IMG/VR virus record: IMGVR_UViG_3300027819_000009
Location: 1-64,000 of that record
Reading direction: 5' to 3' (one strand)
Source of the DNA: a virus
Taxonomy: Duplodnaviria > Caudoviricetes
Length of the DNA stretch: 64,000 nt
The position numbers were made by a program, and so were the translations under genes. Each line of letters begins with the position of its first letter. Position 1 is the stretch's first letter. This document shows positions 7,309 to 17,681 of the stretch, in pieces. The notes under the pieces were generated by a model. That model saw only the letters and a list, made by a program, of their open reading frames with translations, did no database searches and had not been told where the DNA came from.

Positions 7309-7529
7309 TACCGGCAAAAGAAAAAGCGATGCAAATAGTTAAGGCTATTTTCGAAGAGCAACACAACGACGATGGGGCCAAGATGATTTTATTGTCTACT
7401 CCTAAAATTGCTATGTTTTTAATTGGAGAAATGATGGATTCCATTGATCATGTTGCGGTAGACAGATACGAAAGGAAAAAGTTTGAGGATTATTGGGCTG
7501 AAGTCGGCAAAGAGGTGGAATTGCTATAG
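7305..7529 (+). CDS. Hypothetical protein
   Basis: Translationally coupled ORF. Confidence 0.6.
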   Translation: MIPAKEKAMQIVKAIFEEQHNDDGAKMILLSTPKIAMFLIGEMMDSIDHVAVDRYERKKFEDYWAEVGKEVELL

Positions 7530-7680
7530 AATAAGAAAGGCTAAACATCAGATTCTCCCTTTGTTTATCAAAGAGTTACATAAAATAGCCACAAGGACTG
7601 TAAGTTTAACTTGCACAGGAACTAAAGAATACCGTACTTTGACCTCGTAGCAATGAAGCTACAAATAAAAACTCGCTAAA

Positions 7681-7923
7681 ATGGAAACTACTACAACAAC
7701 CACAACAACAGCCAAACGGATTAAAAAATTCTATATTGGACAAAGAAACAACCCGTTTTTCAATAAGCCAGAATATAATGGCTACGGACAACTTTCTAAC
7801 GCAGAAGCGAAGCGAAAGGAAAAATGTACTTACGGAAGCATAATTTTAACATCATACGAAACAAAGTTAGAATACTTAACCGCCTTAGAGGAATTAAAAA
7901 CAAAAGGATTCAATATTCACTAA
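7681..7923 (+). CDS. Hypothetical protein
   Basis: ORF with good leader. Confidence 0.6.
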   Translation: METTTTTTTTAKRIKKFYIGQRNNPFFNKPEYNGYGQLSNAEAKRKEKCTYGSIILTSYETKLEYLTALEELKTKGFNIH

Positions 7924-7940
7924 CATTTAAAACAACAACG

Positions 7941-8198
7941 ATGAGTAAAACCAAAAACAACGCCATGTATGATATGGTAAACGCAATCAGAGAAGAGCAA
8001 AATCAAGAACCAAAAAAACCAAAAGTAAAACTAACGGGCCAAGACGGAAATGTATTTGTGCTTTTAGGAGTATGCTCGCGAGCATTAAAATCAATCGGAC
8101 AAGCGGATAAGGCAAAAGAAATGTCCGAAAAAGTATTTGCTTCAGGAAGCTACCACGAGGCACTTGGTATAATGGGAGAATATTGCGAGATAAGATAA
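7941..8198 (+). CDS. Conserved phage hypothetical protein (likely start 7941)
   Basis: LTGQDGNVFVLLG...SYHEAL pattern common in phages. Confidence 0.7.
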   Translation: MSKTKNNAMYDMVNAIREEQNQEPKKPKVKLTGQDGNVFVLLGVCSRALKSIGQADKAKEMSEKVFASGSYHEALGIMGEYCEIR

Positions 8199-8398
8199 TG
8201 TATAACGACTCCTACACCACCGAAACAGACTTTATTCCTACGCCGGAAATAACACTAGCCGAAGCTAGGACTAAGGCAAAATACCACGAGAAGATTATCT
8301 CCGCGAATAAAGGAGAGCTTACCAATGAGCAATTGGCAGATGATTACGAGCGACTGAATTACTACAACTACATTATACTTAAAAGAAGTAAAAAATAA
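8198..8398 (+). CDS. Hypothetical protein
   Basis: Coupled ORF (TAATG). Confidence 0.55.
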   Translation: MYNDSYTTETDFIPTPEITLAEARTKAKYHEKIISANKGELTNEQLADDYERLNYYNYIILKRSKK

Positions 8399-8668
8399 AT
8401 GGAGAAGGAGGTAGAGAGGCTGGAGAAAGATTCTGTAATGACTTTCGGGAAATACAAAGGCATAAAAATGAAGGACATCCCAGGAGAGTACTTTGTGTGG
8501 GTGTATAGGGAATACAGAAAGGATACTTTAAAATTCAGACTAGGAAAGGTGGCGCCAGTGGTAGCTTATGTTATTCGGAATCTAGACGAGATACAGGCTC
8601 ACTTTAGTATAAATACGAAGCACAACTTCGACAAGAAGGCTTGGCTTAAAAACTTTAAAAAAAAGTAA
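8399..8668 (+). CDS. DUF3820-like protein
   Basis: MTFGKYKG...DIPGEYFVW motif. Confidence 0.7.
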   Translation: MEKEVERLEKDSVMTFGKYKGIKMKDIPGEYFVWVYREYRKDTLKFRLGKVAPVVAYVIRNLDEIQAHFSINTKHNFDKKAWLKNFKKK

Positions 8669-8669
8669 T

Positions 8670-9575
8670 ATGACAATCAGCGAAGATTCACAGTTAGGAT
8701 TAAGGTTTAAAAAACAAGAAGTAAAGACTTCGTTTCTTAAAGTTTTTATAAGTAAATTAGAAAACGAGAAGTCGGCTATTACAGAAGGTATAAAGTTATT
8801 TAAGTCTCTTCCTGAAGGAATAAGCGAATCTGATGGTGAAAAACATCTTAAATCTGTTTTAGGAAGCGAGTACACAATATCTGGATTTACTAATGAAATA
8901 AAAATAGGTAAAAAAATAAGAGATATAGTTTCAAAAGAAACAAAAACAACTGTCGGGTCAATACAAAGTCTTATCCAAGAAGGAAGTATGAGTAAATACT
9001 TCTTTATCTGCGAGTCGGTTTATAAAGCATCGGAGCTTATAAAAATAGGTGAGAATTTTACAGGAAGAACGCTAAAGGATATCAAACACGGCCACTATAC
9101 CTACTTAATGGGTAAGAATACCATGATTAGATTTCTGGCCGTTCCTGGCGCAATATTAGGGCTGTATTGGGACGATAAAAAGAATCATGCATTTGAATTT
9201 GGAGTGGATTTAGAAACTGGCGAGTATTATGCCCCAATGGAAGAGGCGGTTAATTTTTCTGTTGTAATGCAATTAATGACTTTTATAGAACTCGGAGATA
9301 TCGAAGTAACTTATATAAACGCTTTATCAAACAACGGAAAGCCTAAAAAAGACGGTAAGGTTTATAACGCCTCAAATAACACCGTTTTTGTGGTAGACTC
9401 ATCTTGGAATAAACTACTTATTCGAACAGATGGTTTTGCCGTAAGAGGCCACTTCCGGTTACAGCCTTGTGGGGATGGTATGAAAGACAGGAAGCTAATT
9501 TGGATCGATGCATTTGAAAAACATGGCTATACTCGCAGGCCAAAAGGAGAGATAATTAATAAAACAACTATATGA
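8670..9575 (+). CDS. Phage hypothetical protein
   Basis: 301 aa; C-terminal VRGHFRLQPCG...IWIDAFEK motif seen in phage proteins. Confidence 0.7.
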   Translation: MTISEDSQLGLRFKKQEVKTSFLKVFISKLENEKSAITEGIKLFKSLPEGISESDGEKHLKSVLGSEYTISGFTNEIKIGKKIRDIVSKETKTTVGSIQSLIQEGSMSKYFFICESVYKASELIKIGENFTGRTLKDIKHGHYTYLMGKNTMIRFLAVPGAILGLYWDDKKNHAFEFGVDLETGEYYAPMEEAVNFSVVMQLMTFIELGDIEVTYINALSNNGKPKKDGKVYNASNNTVFVVDSSWNKLLIRTDGFAVRGHFRLQPCGDGMKDRKLIWIDAFEKHGYTRRPKGEIINKTTI

Positions 9576-9772
9576 AAGACTTCTATGTAATTTTTAAGAT
9601 GAGCCATTCTCATCAGCTTGAAATGCCAGCCGACAAAAAGGAATCTGTTTTTTACAGATATGTAATGAAGGCTCGTTCATTCGGGGAAGCCGAAAGAAAG
9701 TTCAACAAGCAAACCTCCAACAAATTCGGACAGCAAAAGCACAGAGTAATAACGGAAATTAGAATTAAGTAA
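9572..9772 (+). CDS. Hypothetical protein
   Basis: Coupled ORF. Confidence 0.55.
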   Translation: MKDFYVIFKMSHSHQLEMPADKKESVFYRYVMKARSFGEAERKFNKQTSNKFGQQKHRVITEIRIK

Positions 9773-10014
9773 TGAGTGAAAATAAAGATTTATTCGGAGA
9801 GAAAGTAAAGGAAGTCTACTTTGTAGGAGTTCCTGCTGCGGAAGATGGTGGCTTTATAATGGCCTCCTGCGGAAGAAGCAACAAAGACAACGGGCCAGTA
9901 TGGGTTGTTACAACTACTGGATTAAAAGCAGATGAGATTCCGGATGAATGCAATGATGCGGAGACTTTTGCTTTATTGGTTGCTAAACTTTTAAATGAAT
10001 ACTATAACAAATGA
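9772..10014 (+). CDS. Hypothetical protein
   Basis: Coupled ORF. Confidence 0.6.
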   Translation: MSENKDLFGEKVKEVYFVGVPAAEDGGFIMASCGRSNKDNGPVWVVTTTGLKADEIPDECNDAETFALLVAKLLNEYYNK

Positions 10015-10168
10015 ACGACAAACCATACTTATTCGAGTGGGACGGGATACAATCGGAGGTTAAATATACCCTTGTTTATGCAGAGACTCCCGAAAAAGCA
10101 CTTGAGAAATTAAACAAACTCTTAAACCCAACTACTAACCACACACAAATCAGACTCGCTACGATATT

Positions 10169-10933
10169 ATGAAGATAAAAAACCCACATACAATTTCTGT
10201 TGGATTCGTAACAAAAGCATCCATTAAGGAAGTTCCAATGCTATTTCAAACGCCTATGGTAAAAGCCTTACTTGCCGGAACGAAAACAGAAACTCGGCGG
10301 GATAAAAACATTAAGGAGATAAACCAAAATCCAGACAACTTCCGTCCTATGTATGCCAAGGATGGCATTTATTCTTTTTGCGATGAAACAAAGGATTGTA
10401 AAGTGGATATTAAATGCCCTTGGAGCAAAAATAATGTATTGTGGTGTAAGGAAACATGGAAGCCTGCAATACGCATGGCAGAAGGAGCAATGGGAGAATA
10501 CCCTATGGTTCGTTATAAAGCCGATAGTTCCGAAGTTCCAGTTTCTCCAGAGGATTACGACTGGTTCACTAATTTAACCAAAGACGGCAAGTATAATTAC
10601 CAGTCCTCAATGTTCATGCGCAGGAAGTTTGCCAGGATATTCCTGAAAATTACCGAAGTAAAACTGGAGCGACTGCACGATATAACCGAAGAAGGAGCCA
10701 TTGCGGAGGGGATAGAGCCTTGGGGATCCATTCAAGGTGCATACTTTAGAAACTACTCTAAAAATGCCACCACGTATATTAAACATCCAAATCACGAGTC
10801 GCCAGCCTTAAACAGCCCAATTAAAAGCTATAAGTCCCTATGGGATAAAATAAACGGCGCAGGATCGTGGGAAAGCAATCCTTACATCTGGGTTATTAAA
10901 TTTACTAAAATAGAAAATTATGGGAATGTTTAG
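10169..10933 (+). CDS. ASCH/PUA-like phage protein
   Basis: PMLFQTPMVKALLAGTKTETRR...ERLHDITEEGAIAEG...W..NPYIWVI pattern. Confidence 0.75.
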   Translation: MKIKNPHTISVGFVTKASIKEVPMLFQTPMVKALLAGTKTETRRDKNIKEINQNPDNFRPMYAKDGIYSFCDETKDCKVDIKCPWSKNNVLWCKETWKPAIRMAEGAMGEYPMVRYKADSSEVPVSPEDYDWFTNLTKDGKYNYQSSMFMRRKFARIFLKITEVKLERLHDITEEGAIAEGIEPWGSIQGAYFRNYSKNATTYIKHPNHESPALNSPIKSYKSLWDKINGAGSWESNPYIWVIKFTKIENYGNV

Positions 10934-11117
10934 CGAAATACACGCAGATGGACAATGTAAATCCTACGAGGATATCTTATTGAAAGCCATCGAGACACAA
11001 AATGCTGATATAATTAACTTTTGTAAGTTGGTTATTTATCCTAAATACAAATGGGATTTAGGAGAGGCTTTTAGGGAAGAAGATGAGACAATTAAAAAAT
11101 GGTTTGCAGATAAATAA
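10920..11117 (+). CDS. Hypothetical protein
   Basis: Overlapping downstream ORF in the same operon. Confidence 0.55.
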   Translation: MGMFSEIHADGQCKSYEDILLKAIETQNADIINFCKLVIYPKYKWDLGEAFREEDETIKKWFADK

Positions 11118-11637
11118 AAATAGAAAATTATGGCGGATAATAAAAGTAGTGGTGAGGGTTGTTTTATATGGATTGTTGTTATCCTTATAGGCATGCACTC
11201 CTGTGGCGGAAAAGACAATGACGTTTTAACTAAGGAAGTGAATAGCTTAAAAAAAAGAATTGATAAATTAGAGAATTATGGCAAAGAAACGAAATAAACC
11301 ATGTTGTCCCCAATGTAATCGGTTTGGTAAAGTATATAGAACTTCTTTATTTACCCAATTGAATCAGCCGAAATCATGGGCTTGCCGTAAATGCGGAATT
11401 TGGTTTGTAGGAAATTATGAAAAATAGAATAGTAGATTTAATAGTGATATTGATAGGGGGATTATACGGTTATTTATATAATCATATTATTTGGGATTAC
11501 ACCCTGATGGGATTGCTTTGTGGATTTTCACTAATTTTCACAATAAGATTATTAAGTTATATTCTTGAAGAATGCGAATAAACAGATAAACACGTGAGGA
11601 AAGATAGATTACCGCTAATGCTAAAAACAATATAAAT

Positions 11638-12270
11638 ATGGAAATGGGATCTAAAAAGTATGCTGGAAAAATAAACATGTGTTCCGCTGAAGAATTAGGC
11701 GAGGATATATTAAGTGTTTTTTCAGCCAAAGAATTAAAAGATTTAGCAGAAAAAAGGATTATACCTTATTACGAAGTAGTGAACCCATTAACATTGGAGG
11801 TAAAAATATTTTTTAAAAACCACGAATTAAGGGAATGGATCAAAGAAAAATGCACTAATAGAAAGATTTCTGTCTACGAGCCGGTTTATAACTTTTTTTC
11901 TCCTGATGGGGAACAAATAAACGAATCTACTTGTGTATTTCCAAAAGAACTATCGGCTGTTAAAAACCTAAGAAGGCTTAGTTTAAATGCCGTTTATACG
12001 ATGCCTGGAATTTATTTTTTATGTTTAAATGGTAAAATTCAATATATAGGTCAGGCGGTTTGCGTTATATCTAGGGTAAAAAATCACGAGGATAATCCGC
12101 ATAAAGAATTTGACTCTTGCTTTTTTATTACCGTTCAAAAAGAATCTTTATTTGAAATTGAAAAAGCACTTATAAAGTTTTATCAGCCCCCTTTGAATCA
12201 GAAAGAAAAATGCATGAAGTCGCAAACAGAAGAACATAGACAAATAATTAAAGATTTAATAATACAATAA
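11638..12270 (+). CDS. Protein with a C-terminal GIY-YIG nuclease domain
   Basis: GIYFL...YIGQA...SRV..H...IE.ALI...P.LN. Confidence 0.75.
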   Translation: MEMGSKKYAGKINMCSAEELGEDILSVFSAKELKDLAEKRIIPYYEVVNPLTLEVKIFFKNHELREWIKEKCTNRKISVYEPVYNFFSPDGEQINESTCVFPKELSAVKNLRRLSLNAVYTMPGIYFLCLNGKIQYIGQAVCVISRVKNHEDNPHKEFDSCFFITVQKESLFEIEKALIKFYQPPLNQKEKCMKSQTEEHRQIIKDLIIQ

Positions 12271-12271
12271 C

Positions 12272-12953
12272 ATGGCAAACACACCAAAAGAGAAGGCAGA
12301 AGAATTAGTTAAATTGTTTAAATTTACAAACGACGGAGATAGATTTAAGAACGACAAGGACTGCGCATTAATTTGCGCCAATGAATTGCAGTTGTATGCC
12401 GGAGGAATGGTATGTGCCATAAATGGCAAAAAGGTTTTAATGTACGATTACTTTGAAGAGGTAAAAAACGAAATAGAGAAGCTATGAAAACACCAATACA
12501 GGAATTGATCGACGAGATGCAGAAGCATTACGAATGGCAGCACACTACTTTTCAGGAGAAAGCCGGAATAGCAATTTGCATGAGTTTTTGCATGAAGAAA
12601 CTCGCTAACGAAAAGAGAACTATTATTAGCGCTTATCAAGAAGGCTATAAGCAATCTATAATAGATAACATCAACACAGAAACAGGACAAGAATCAGAAG
12701 AAAAATATCCAGAGCAATATTATAATGATACATTTAAAAACACCCAACCATGAAAAAACTAAAATGGGAATTTCAGAAAGAGAGCAAACACTGGTGCGCA
12801 GAATACAGGACACCCGATGCCGATTTTAGGATTTCGGTATATGAGTATCTAAAAAAGAAAGAGTACAGCCTTGAGGTAATGGGGCATCATATATGTGCCT
12901 TTAAAAAACTAAACAATGCCAAAAAAGTGGCACAACTAATAAATAACGGATAA
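12272..12953 (+). CDS. Three small coupled hypothetical ORFs (12272-12487, 12484-12753, 12750-12953)
   Basis: Tandem overlapping start/stop codons. Confidence 0.65.
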
Positions 12954-13289
12954 TATGACAACTAAAAAGAAGAAGAAGGGCAAGGGCGGGCCTAAAAAGA
13001 AGCCACACGGACTTTTAAAGAGCCGGATAGTACTCTTTATCGAAAACAACAAAATAGCAGAACGTGGCGGAGAAGAAGCCATTAAAACGTATATCTACTC
13101 CCAACTGTAATGAATAAGATAATACCAATAATCGCAGTTTTACTCATAACATTTGGGCTTGTTATGATTGGATCCATATTTGTCCCCCCAACTTTAACTT
13201 GCCAAATAGCATGGTTTTTATGTTGTTTGGCAGTCGGACTTTTTGTAAGAAAGATAATAGACAGATTATAAATAAATCAACACAACTTT

Positions 13290-13643
13290 ATGATACAGCC
13301 AATCTTACACCGATTTGAATTATACCTTGTTAATTATCTGTACAAGCAGAGCTTTCATAGGTTCGGCAGGATAAACAAGATAAAGCGGAAGATAATCTTC
13401 GGTTGGTTCGAGTGGAGCCTATTCCAATCCTTTCATTCCCCCAAAGAATGGCTCGTTTTCTCCATCCTAATACGCTGTTACGGCTATAAGGCATACGAGG
13501 AGCAACTTTGCCCATTTCGGCCACTGAAGCAAAAAATAAGCCATACTTGGGGTGAGATTCAGGATATCATCCGAGATGCTAAAAAGGTAGGCATTAGGCC
13601 TCGCCTTTCGGAGTTATCGAAGGAATCTCCTTTAAACGAGTAG
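13290..13643 (+). CDS. Hypothetical protein
   Basis: 117-aa ORF. Confidence 0.45.
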   Translation: MIQPILHRFELYLVNYLYKQSFHRFGRINKIKRKIIFGWFEWSLFQSFHSPKEWLVFSILIRCYGYKAYEEQLCPFRPLKQKISHTWGEIQDIIRDAKKVGIRPRLSELSKESPLNE

Positions 13644-13833
13644 TATCCTTATTAACAGCCCCGCACAAGTCACAAACTAGCACCGGCTCTTGGTGAAATA
13701 TATCAGCCACGCTTCCCGCCATAAGTCCTGGTATTCGCTTTAATAATATCTTCGGAACGTAAAAAGGATTTCCACATTCGCATATTACGAAAGGAACGGT
13801 ATTTAAATCTACTGTAATTTTTTTCTCTTCCAT
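13594..13833 (-). CDS. Zn-ribbon protein
   Basis: CECG...CDLCG. Confidence 0.7.
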   Translation of the reverse strand: MEEKKITVDLNTVPFVICECGNPFYVPKILLKRIPGLMAGSVADIFHQEPVLVCDLCGAVNKDTTRLKEIPSITPKGEA

Positions 13834-13901
13834 GATTTATTATTGTTAAATAAGATAATTACAAACTTAAAACAATTATCTTGTAATTCAAAAAAATAGG
13901 T

Positions 13902-13909
13902 TAAATTTG
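13902..13909 (+). promoter_or_regulatory. Bacteroidota -7 promoter element
   Basis: TAAATTTG 18 nt upstream of ORF 13928. Confidence 0.55.
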
Positions 13910-13927
13910 TAGCAATATTTATCAAAA

Positions 13928-14260
13928 ATGCAAGAGACGGAAGCGCCAACCAAAACAGCCGATAAACTACTGATAATAATCTGCAATCGCTTACATATTA
14001 AAAAAGAATACCTGAAAACAGAAACTACCCTTGAAGAACTCGGCCTTCGTACTTGGGAAAAAGAAGATTTGATTTGTAAAATAGCAGAGTCCTTTCTTAT
14101 ACCAATTGATGGCAAACTTTTGAATTTAAATGTAAATGGCACGTATTTAAAGGACACGTTTCAGGGGCATTTAAGAAGAATTAAAACAATATGGAATGTG
14201 TTGCAGTTTATTGAAAGTAACGATGGATGGAATGGAAAGCCAGCAGCTTATAATATTTAA
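13928..14260 (+). CDS. Acyl-carrier-protein-like protein lacking the DSL serine
   Basis: ETTLEELGLRTWEKEDLICKIAESFLIPI aligns by eye with ACP helices 2-3. Confidence 0.45.
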   Translation: MQETEAPTKTADKLLIIICNRLHIKKEYLKTETTLEELGLRTWEKEDLICKIAESFLIPIDGKLLNLNVNGTYLKDTFQGHLRRIKTIWNVLQFIESNDGWNGKPAAYNI

Positions 14261-14269
14261 ATTACGATT

Positions 14270-14386
14270 ATGGCAAAGAAAAAGGAAATAAAAAAGGAAA
14301 AGGTAAACAAAGAGGACATTGTTCAGTTTGTTAAAAAACTTTTAAAGAAAAACGGGCCAGCGTTCAGTAAACTAGCACATGAATAA
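14270..14386 (+). CDS. 38-aa peptide, candidate Doc antitoxin
   Basis: MAKKKEIK...FSKLAHE overlaps the Doc start; below the ORF-track cutoff. Confidence 0.5.
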   Translation: MAKKKEIKKEKVNKEDIVQFVKKLLKKNGPAFSKLAHE

Positions 14387-14783
14387 GAAACGAATTTATC
14401 TATATGAGTTCATTGTTCTTTTTGATGCCTTAGTTGCCGGTCAAAAGAAAAACAACGAGCCGCTCCCAGAAATGTCTAAAAGTAATCTGGATAAAGTGGA
14501 TAGTTGTTTAAAAACACCGTTTATGACTTTTGATGGCGAGGATTTGTACCCAACCGTTTATGATAAGGCCGCAATCCTTTTTTATGTTCTAATAAAAAAC
14601 CACCCATTAAAAAACGGAAACAAAAGGATGGCTTATACGGCACTTTCGTATTTTTTAAACAAGCACAAGATAGACCTCGATTTAACAAACGACGAGGTTT
14701 ATAAGTTTACAAAGAAAGTTGCATCTTCGGACGCATCTAGGAAAGATGCAATTATAAGCTACATTAAAAAGACTATAAAGTAA
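14379..14783 (+). CDS. doc: Death-on-curing (Doc/Fic) family protein
   Basis: YPTVYDKAAILF...HPLKNGNKRMA. Confidence 0.85.
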   Translation: MNKKRIYLYEFIVLFDALVAGQKKNNEPLPEMSKSNLDKVDSCLKTPFMTFDGEDLYPTVYDKAAILFYVLIKNHPLKNGNKRMAYTALSYFLNKHKIDLDLTNDEVYKFTKKVASSDASRKDAIISYIKKTIK

Positions 14784-14998
14784 TGGCAAGAGACTTAGTT
14801 AAAATAAACATTCAAATTGATGCGAAGGACGACAAAACAATATCTGTTGTTCTTAAAATTAACGACGCACAGGATAGCAAGGAGCTTTTTAATGGGAAGT
14901 TAAATTACGAAAACAAAGACTTGGCAGACATCTTCGAAAAACTTGATGATTTAATTGAAGCAACACTATCCTCTTACGGAGACAAATACGGGAGTTAA
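14783..14998 (+). CDS. Hypothetical protein
   Basis: Coupled ORF. Confidence 0.6.
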   Translation: MARDLVKINIQIDAKDDKTISVVLKINDAQDSKELFNGKLNYENKDLADIFEKLDDLIEATLSSYGDKYGS

Positions 14999-15001
14999 AA
15001 A

Positions 15002-15265
15002 ATGGTCACTAACTTAAAACGAATTATAATTATGGAACAATCAGACAAGGCACAGAGAGTATTAGCGATTATATCAGCAAAGGCAGATTGCGAAGTTGAA
15101 GAGCTGAAGCCTGAAAACACGTGGGCGGAAATCGGATTAGACTCATTGGATACTTTTGAGCTAGTCATGGATCTTGAAAAGGAATTCTTTATCTCAATCC
15201 CAGACGAAGACATCCACAACTTCATGACAGTCGGCGATGCAATCAAATACGTAGAGGCACACTAA
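15002..15265 (+). CDS. acpP: Acyl carrier protein (start may be 15032)
   Basis: GLDSLDTFELVMDLEKEF.ISIPDED...TVGDAIKY. Confidence 0.92.
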   Translation: MVTNLKRIIIMEQSDKAQRVLAIISAKADCEVEELKPENTWAEIGLDSLDTFELVMDLEKEFFISIPDEDIHNFMTVGDAIKYVEAH

Positions 15266-15266
15266 C

Positions 15267-16940
15267 ATGAAAAAGGAAGAATATGCATATATTGGCTTCT
15301 TTAAAGATAGGTATTTAATATCCACTCAAAGAATACTACTTTCTGAATTAGGAGAGGATGCTCATGCTAAATTATCTGATTACGCATTAGATAACGGATA
15401 CGAAATAAAAACCATATACAAAGAATTGTATCACAATCATTCTCCATTCGACAAGTACTCACTTACTGATTTGGAAGAATATTATAAAAACAAACAATCT
15501 AAACAAAAAACCAACAACATGAAAAACTATTACACCCAAATAGGGAACATTATAAAAGAAGGCGGATCGGAGTTCGAAATAGTCGGACACAAACCAGCTG
15601 GACTAATCATAAAGAAGAAATCTAGCATCGAAAAAGACCTGCCAGAACACGAATTATCCTTTACAGAGCTTCCTGAATTAATGGCAAGTAAAAAAATCAT
15701 CGTTTCAAAATGCGAAAACGATATTCTTTGCGATTTGCCTTATGAAAACGAGAGAGATAAAATATTGCTTCAAAATGAAATTACAGCAATCGAATTATCG
15801 CACAAAAACAAAAGCCTATCTGGTAAAAACGAAGAACTTACATTATCTAAGATTAGTAAATCTGGCAAAACAGCAAAACTAAAGCATGATTTAAAAGAAA
15901 AGGATAAGGCTGTCTCCGAAACAATGGCTGGAGTAGAGGCAATGTTTAAAAATGAACTTGCCGATTCTCTTACAAATCAAATACTTGTAAACGGAAAAGA
16001 TAAATGGAGAATTGAATCAGCCGAAGGAACTGGAACAAAAACAATTAACTTTAAAGCAATATCGCAAACAGGATCAGAACACTACGGCAACTGGTCAGAT
16101 AATGAGGTGAGAAGTTTATTGAATGGAGGAAAAGTTGCTGGCTGGAAAGTTTTAGAAGATAAAAAATTAAGCCGTCCAGAACACATACACAAATTAGTTG
16201 ATGAATTCGCTAAATTCCCAACATGGCAATCTTCTGGTTTAAGCCAAATAACTCCTGGTAAATACGAAAAGTTTATTAATGACTTAATCAACAGTACAAA
16301 CGAATTCACAGATGCTGAGGATTTAGAGAACTTCGTAATGACTAAAATGGATCTTAAAAAATACGGAGCGGAAGAATCCCCAATTACAAAGCGTAAAAAA
16401 GTATCTGTTAAAACCAAAAACTCGAAATGGGATGATAAACTAAATACATTCCTTAAAAAGTTTCCTAATGACGCAAAAGAATGGGATAAGGCAACCGACG
16501 AAATAAGAGATGTTGCCAAACTAATAAGAGATGCTTACAACGAGCAGGTTCTTAATGTTTTAGAAAACGAAGATGGATATATTAAAGGATTAGAATTTAG
16601 AGATTTTAAAACTCCATCACAATGGAATACAGAGGCTAAAAAACAAATACTACATCTTTGGATTTTGTTGCCAGAAAACGTAAAGAAGAACGTAATTGAA
16701 AGTAGAGAAGAATGGTTTGAATCCGAAACAAAAAAAGCAAAGTCTCTAGGAAAAACAGGCTTCAGGCAACAGGCAAAGGAGAAAAATAAAGGTAAGAAGT
16801 CTCCGAAGCGTGGAACTACTACATTATCCGAACGCAAATACATAAGAGCAAACGACAAGGAGTTTAAAGCACTTAAAGATGCTTACCCTGATTTGACGTA
16901 CAAACAATTAATAGCCAAGCATAAAAAAACAACTAAATAA
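15267..16940 (+). CDS. Large Lys/Glu-rich hypothetical protein
   Basis: 557-aa ORF with basic C-terminus. Confidence 0.75.
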   Translation: MKKEEYAYIGFFKDRYLISTQRILLSELGEDAHAKLSDYALDNGYEIKTIYKELYHNHSPFDKYSLTDLEEYYKNKQSKQKTNNMKNYYTQIGNIIKEGGSEFEIVGHKPAGLIIKKKSSIEKDLPEHELSFTELPELMASKKIIVSKCENDILCDLPYENERDKILLQNEITAIELSHKNKSLSGKNEELTLSKISKSGKTAKLKHDLKEKDKAVSETMAGVEAMFKNELADSLTNQILVNGKDKWRIESAEGTGTKTINFKAISQTGSEHYGNWSDNEVRSLLNGGKVAGWKVLEDKKLSRPEHIHKLVDEFAKFPTWQSSGLSQITPGKYEKFINDLINSTNEFTDAEDLENFVMTKMDLKKYGAEESPITKRKKVSVKTKNSKWDDKLNTFLKKFPNDAKEWDKATDEIRDVAKLIRDAYNEQVLNVLENEDGYIKGLEFRDFKTPSQWNTEAKKQILHLWILLPENVKKNVIESREEWFESETKKAKSLGKTGFRQQAKEKNKGKKSPKRGTTTLSERKYIRANDKEFKALKDAYPDLTYKQLIAKHKKTTK

Positions 16941-16942
16941 TC

Positions 16943-17248
16943 ATGGCACTAACGAAAGAAGAGAAAGTTATCCGCCTCAAAAGAGGAATAGCAAGTTCTG
17001 AAACATCAGAAGCACTAAGAAAGATTATGCAGGCAGACCTCGACGAATTACTCAATCCTGAGCCAGTTTACGTAGCTCCTGTAGTAAAAGCAAAACCCGC
17101 AGTTAAAAAAGCTGTTAAGGTAAAAGTAGAGCCTGTCGTGGAAGTAAAAGCACCAGAGCCACCAGCCCTAACCCAAGAGGAGAAAGATGAACAGTTGGCC
17201 AGATTAAAGGCTAAGTCGGCCAAAAAAAGAGAAAAACAAGAAGATTAA
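16943..17248 (+). CDS. Lys/Ala/Pro-rich hypothetical protein
   Basis: ORF composition. Confidence 0.7.
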   Translation: MALTKEEKVIRLKRGIASSETSEALRKIMQADLDELLNPEPVYVAPVVKAKPAVKKAVKVKVEPVVEVKAPEPPALTQEEKDEQLARLKAKSAKKREKQED

Positions 17249-17278
17249 TTTAATAACCATATAAAAAAACCAAACATC

Positions 17279-17668
17279 ATGGCAGAAACAAAAACAACAG
17301 TTACTTTTCCGCATCAGGATTTGATTAACGACAACAAGGTAAACGTATCTGAGTTACCACAAAAAGTACAAGACAAAATCGCAAAGTTCTCTTCGCTAAC
17401 CGAGAAAGAAAGTCAAGAGGCGATGGATGAGAGTATCTACGGATCAGTTGAAGATTTCTTAGAAGCTAAAGCAAAGGCTGAAAAAGCAAACAAAACAAAA
17501 GCCAACATTGCCGAGCATAAAAAGAAAAAAGCCGGCATAGACGTGAGTTCAGCAAATACGGCAAAAACCCCCGAAGAATTAGCAAAGGAAGAAGAAGCCG
17601 CTCGTAAAGCAGCCGATGCCGCAAAACCTCGCACAGTTTTTAACGCTATTTATCCAGGACGTAAATAA
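17279..17668 (+). CDS. Lys/Ala/Glu-rich hypothetical protein
   Basis: ORF composition. Confidence 0.75.
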   Translation: MAETKTTVTFPHQDLINDNKVNVSELPQKVQDKIAKFSSLTEKESQEAMDESIYGSVEDFLEAKAKAEKANKTKANIAEHKKKKAGIDVSSANTAKTPEELAKEEEAARKAADAAKPRTVFNAIYPGRK

Positions 17669-17681
17669 GTAAAATTATCTT

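Noticed and set aside
6744-7364. 206-aa minus-strand ORF and similar long antisense ORFs (16082-16519, 37657-38157, 63308-63637)
   Set aside because: They are shadows of Lys/Glu-rich or conserved genes on the other strand, with Ser/Phe/Leu-rich composition and no motifs.
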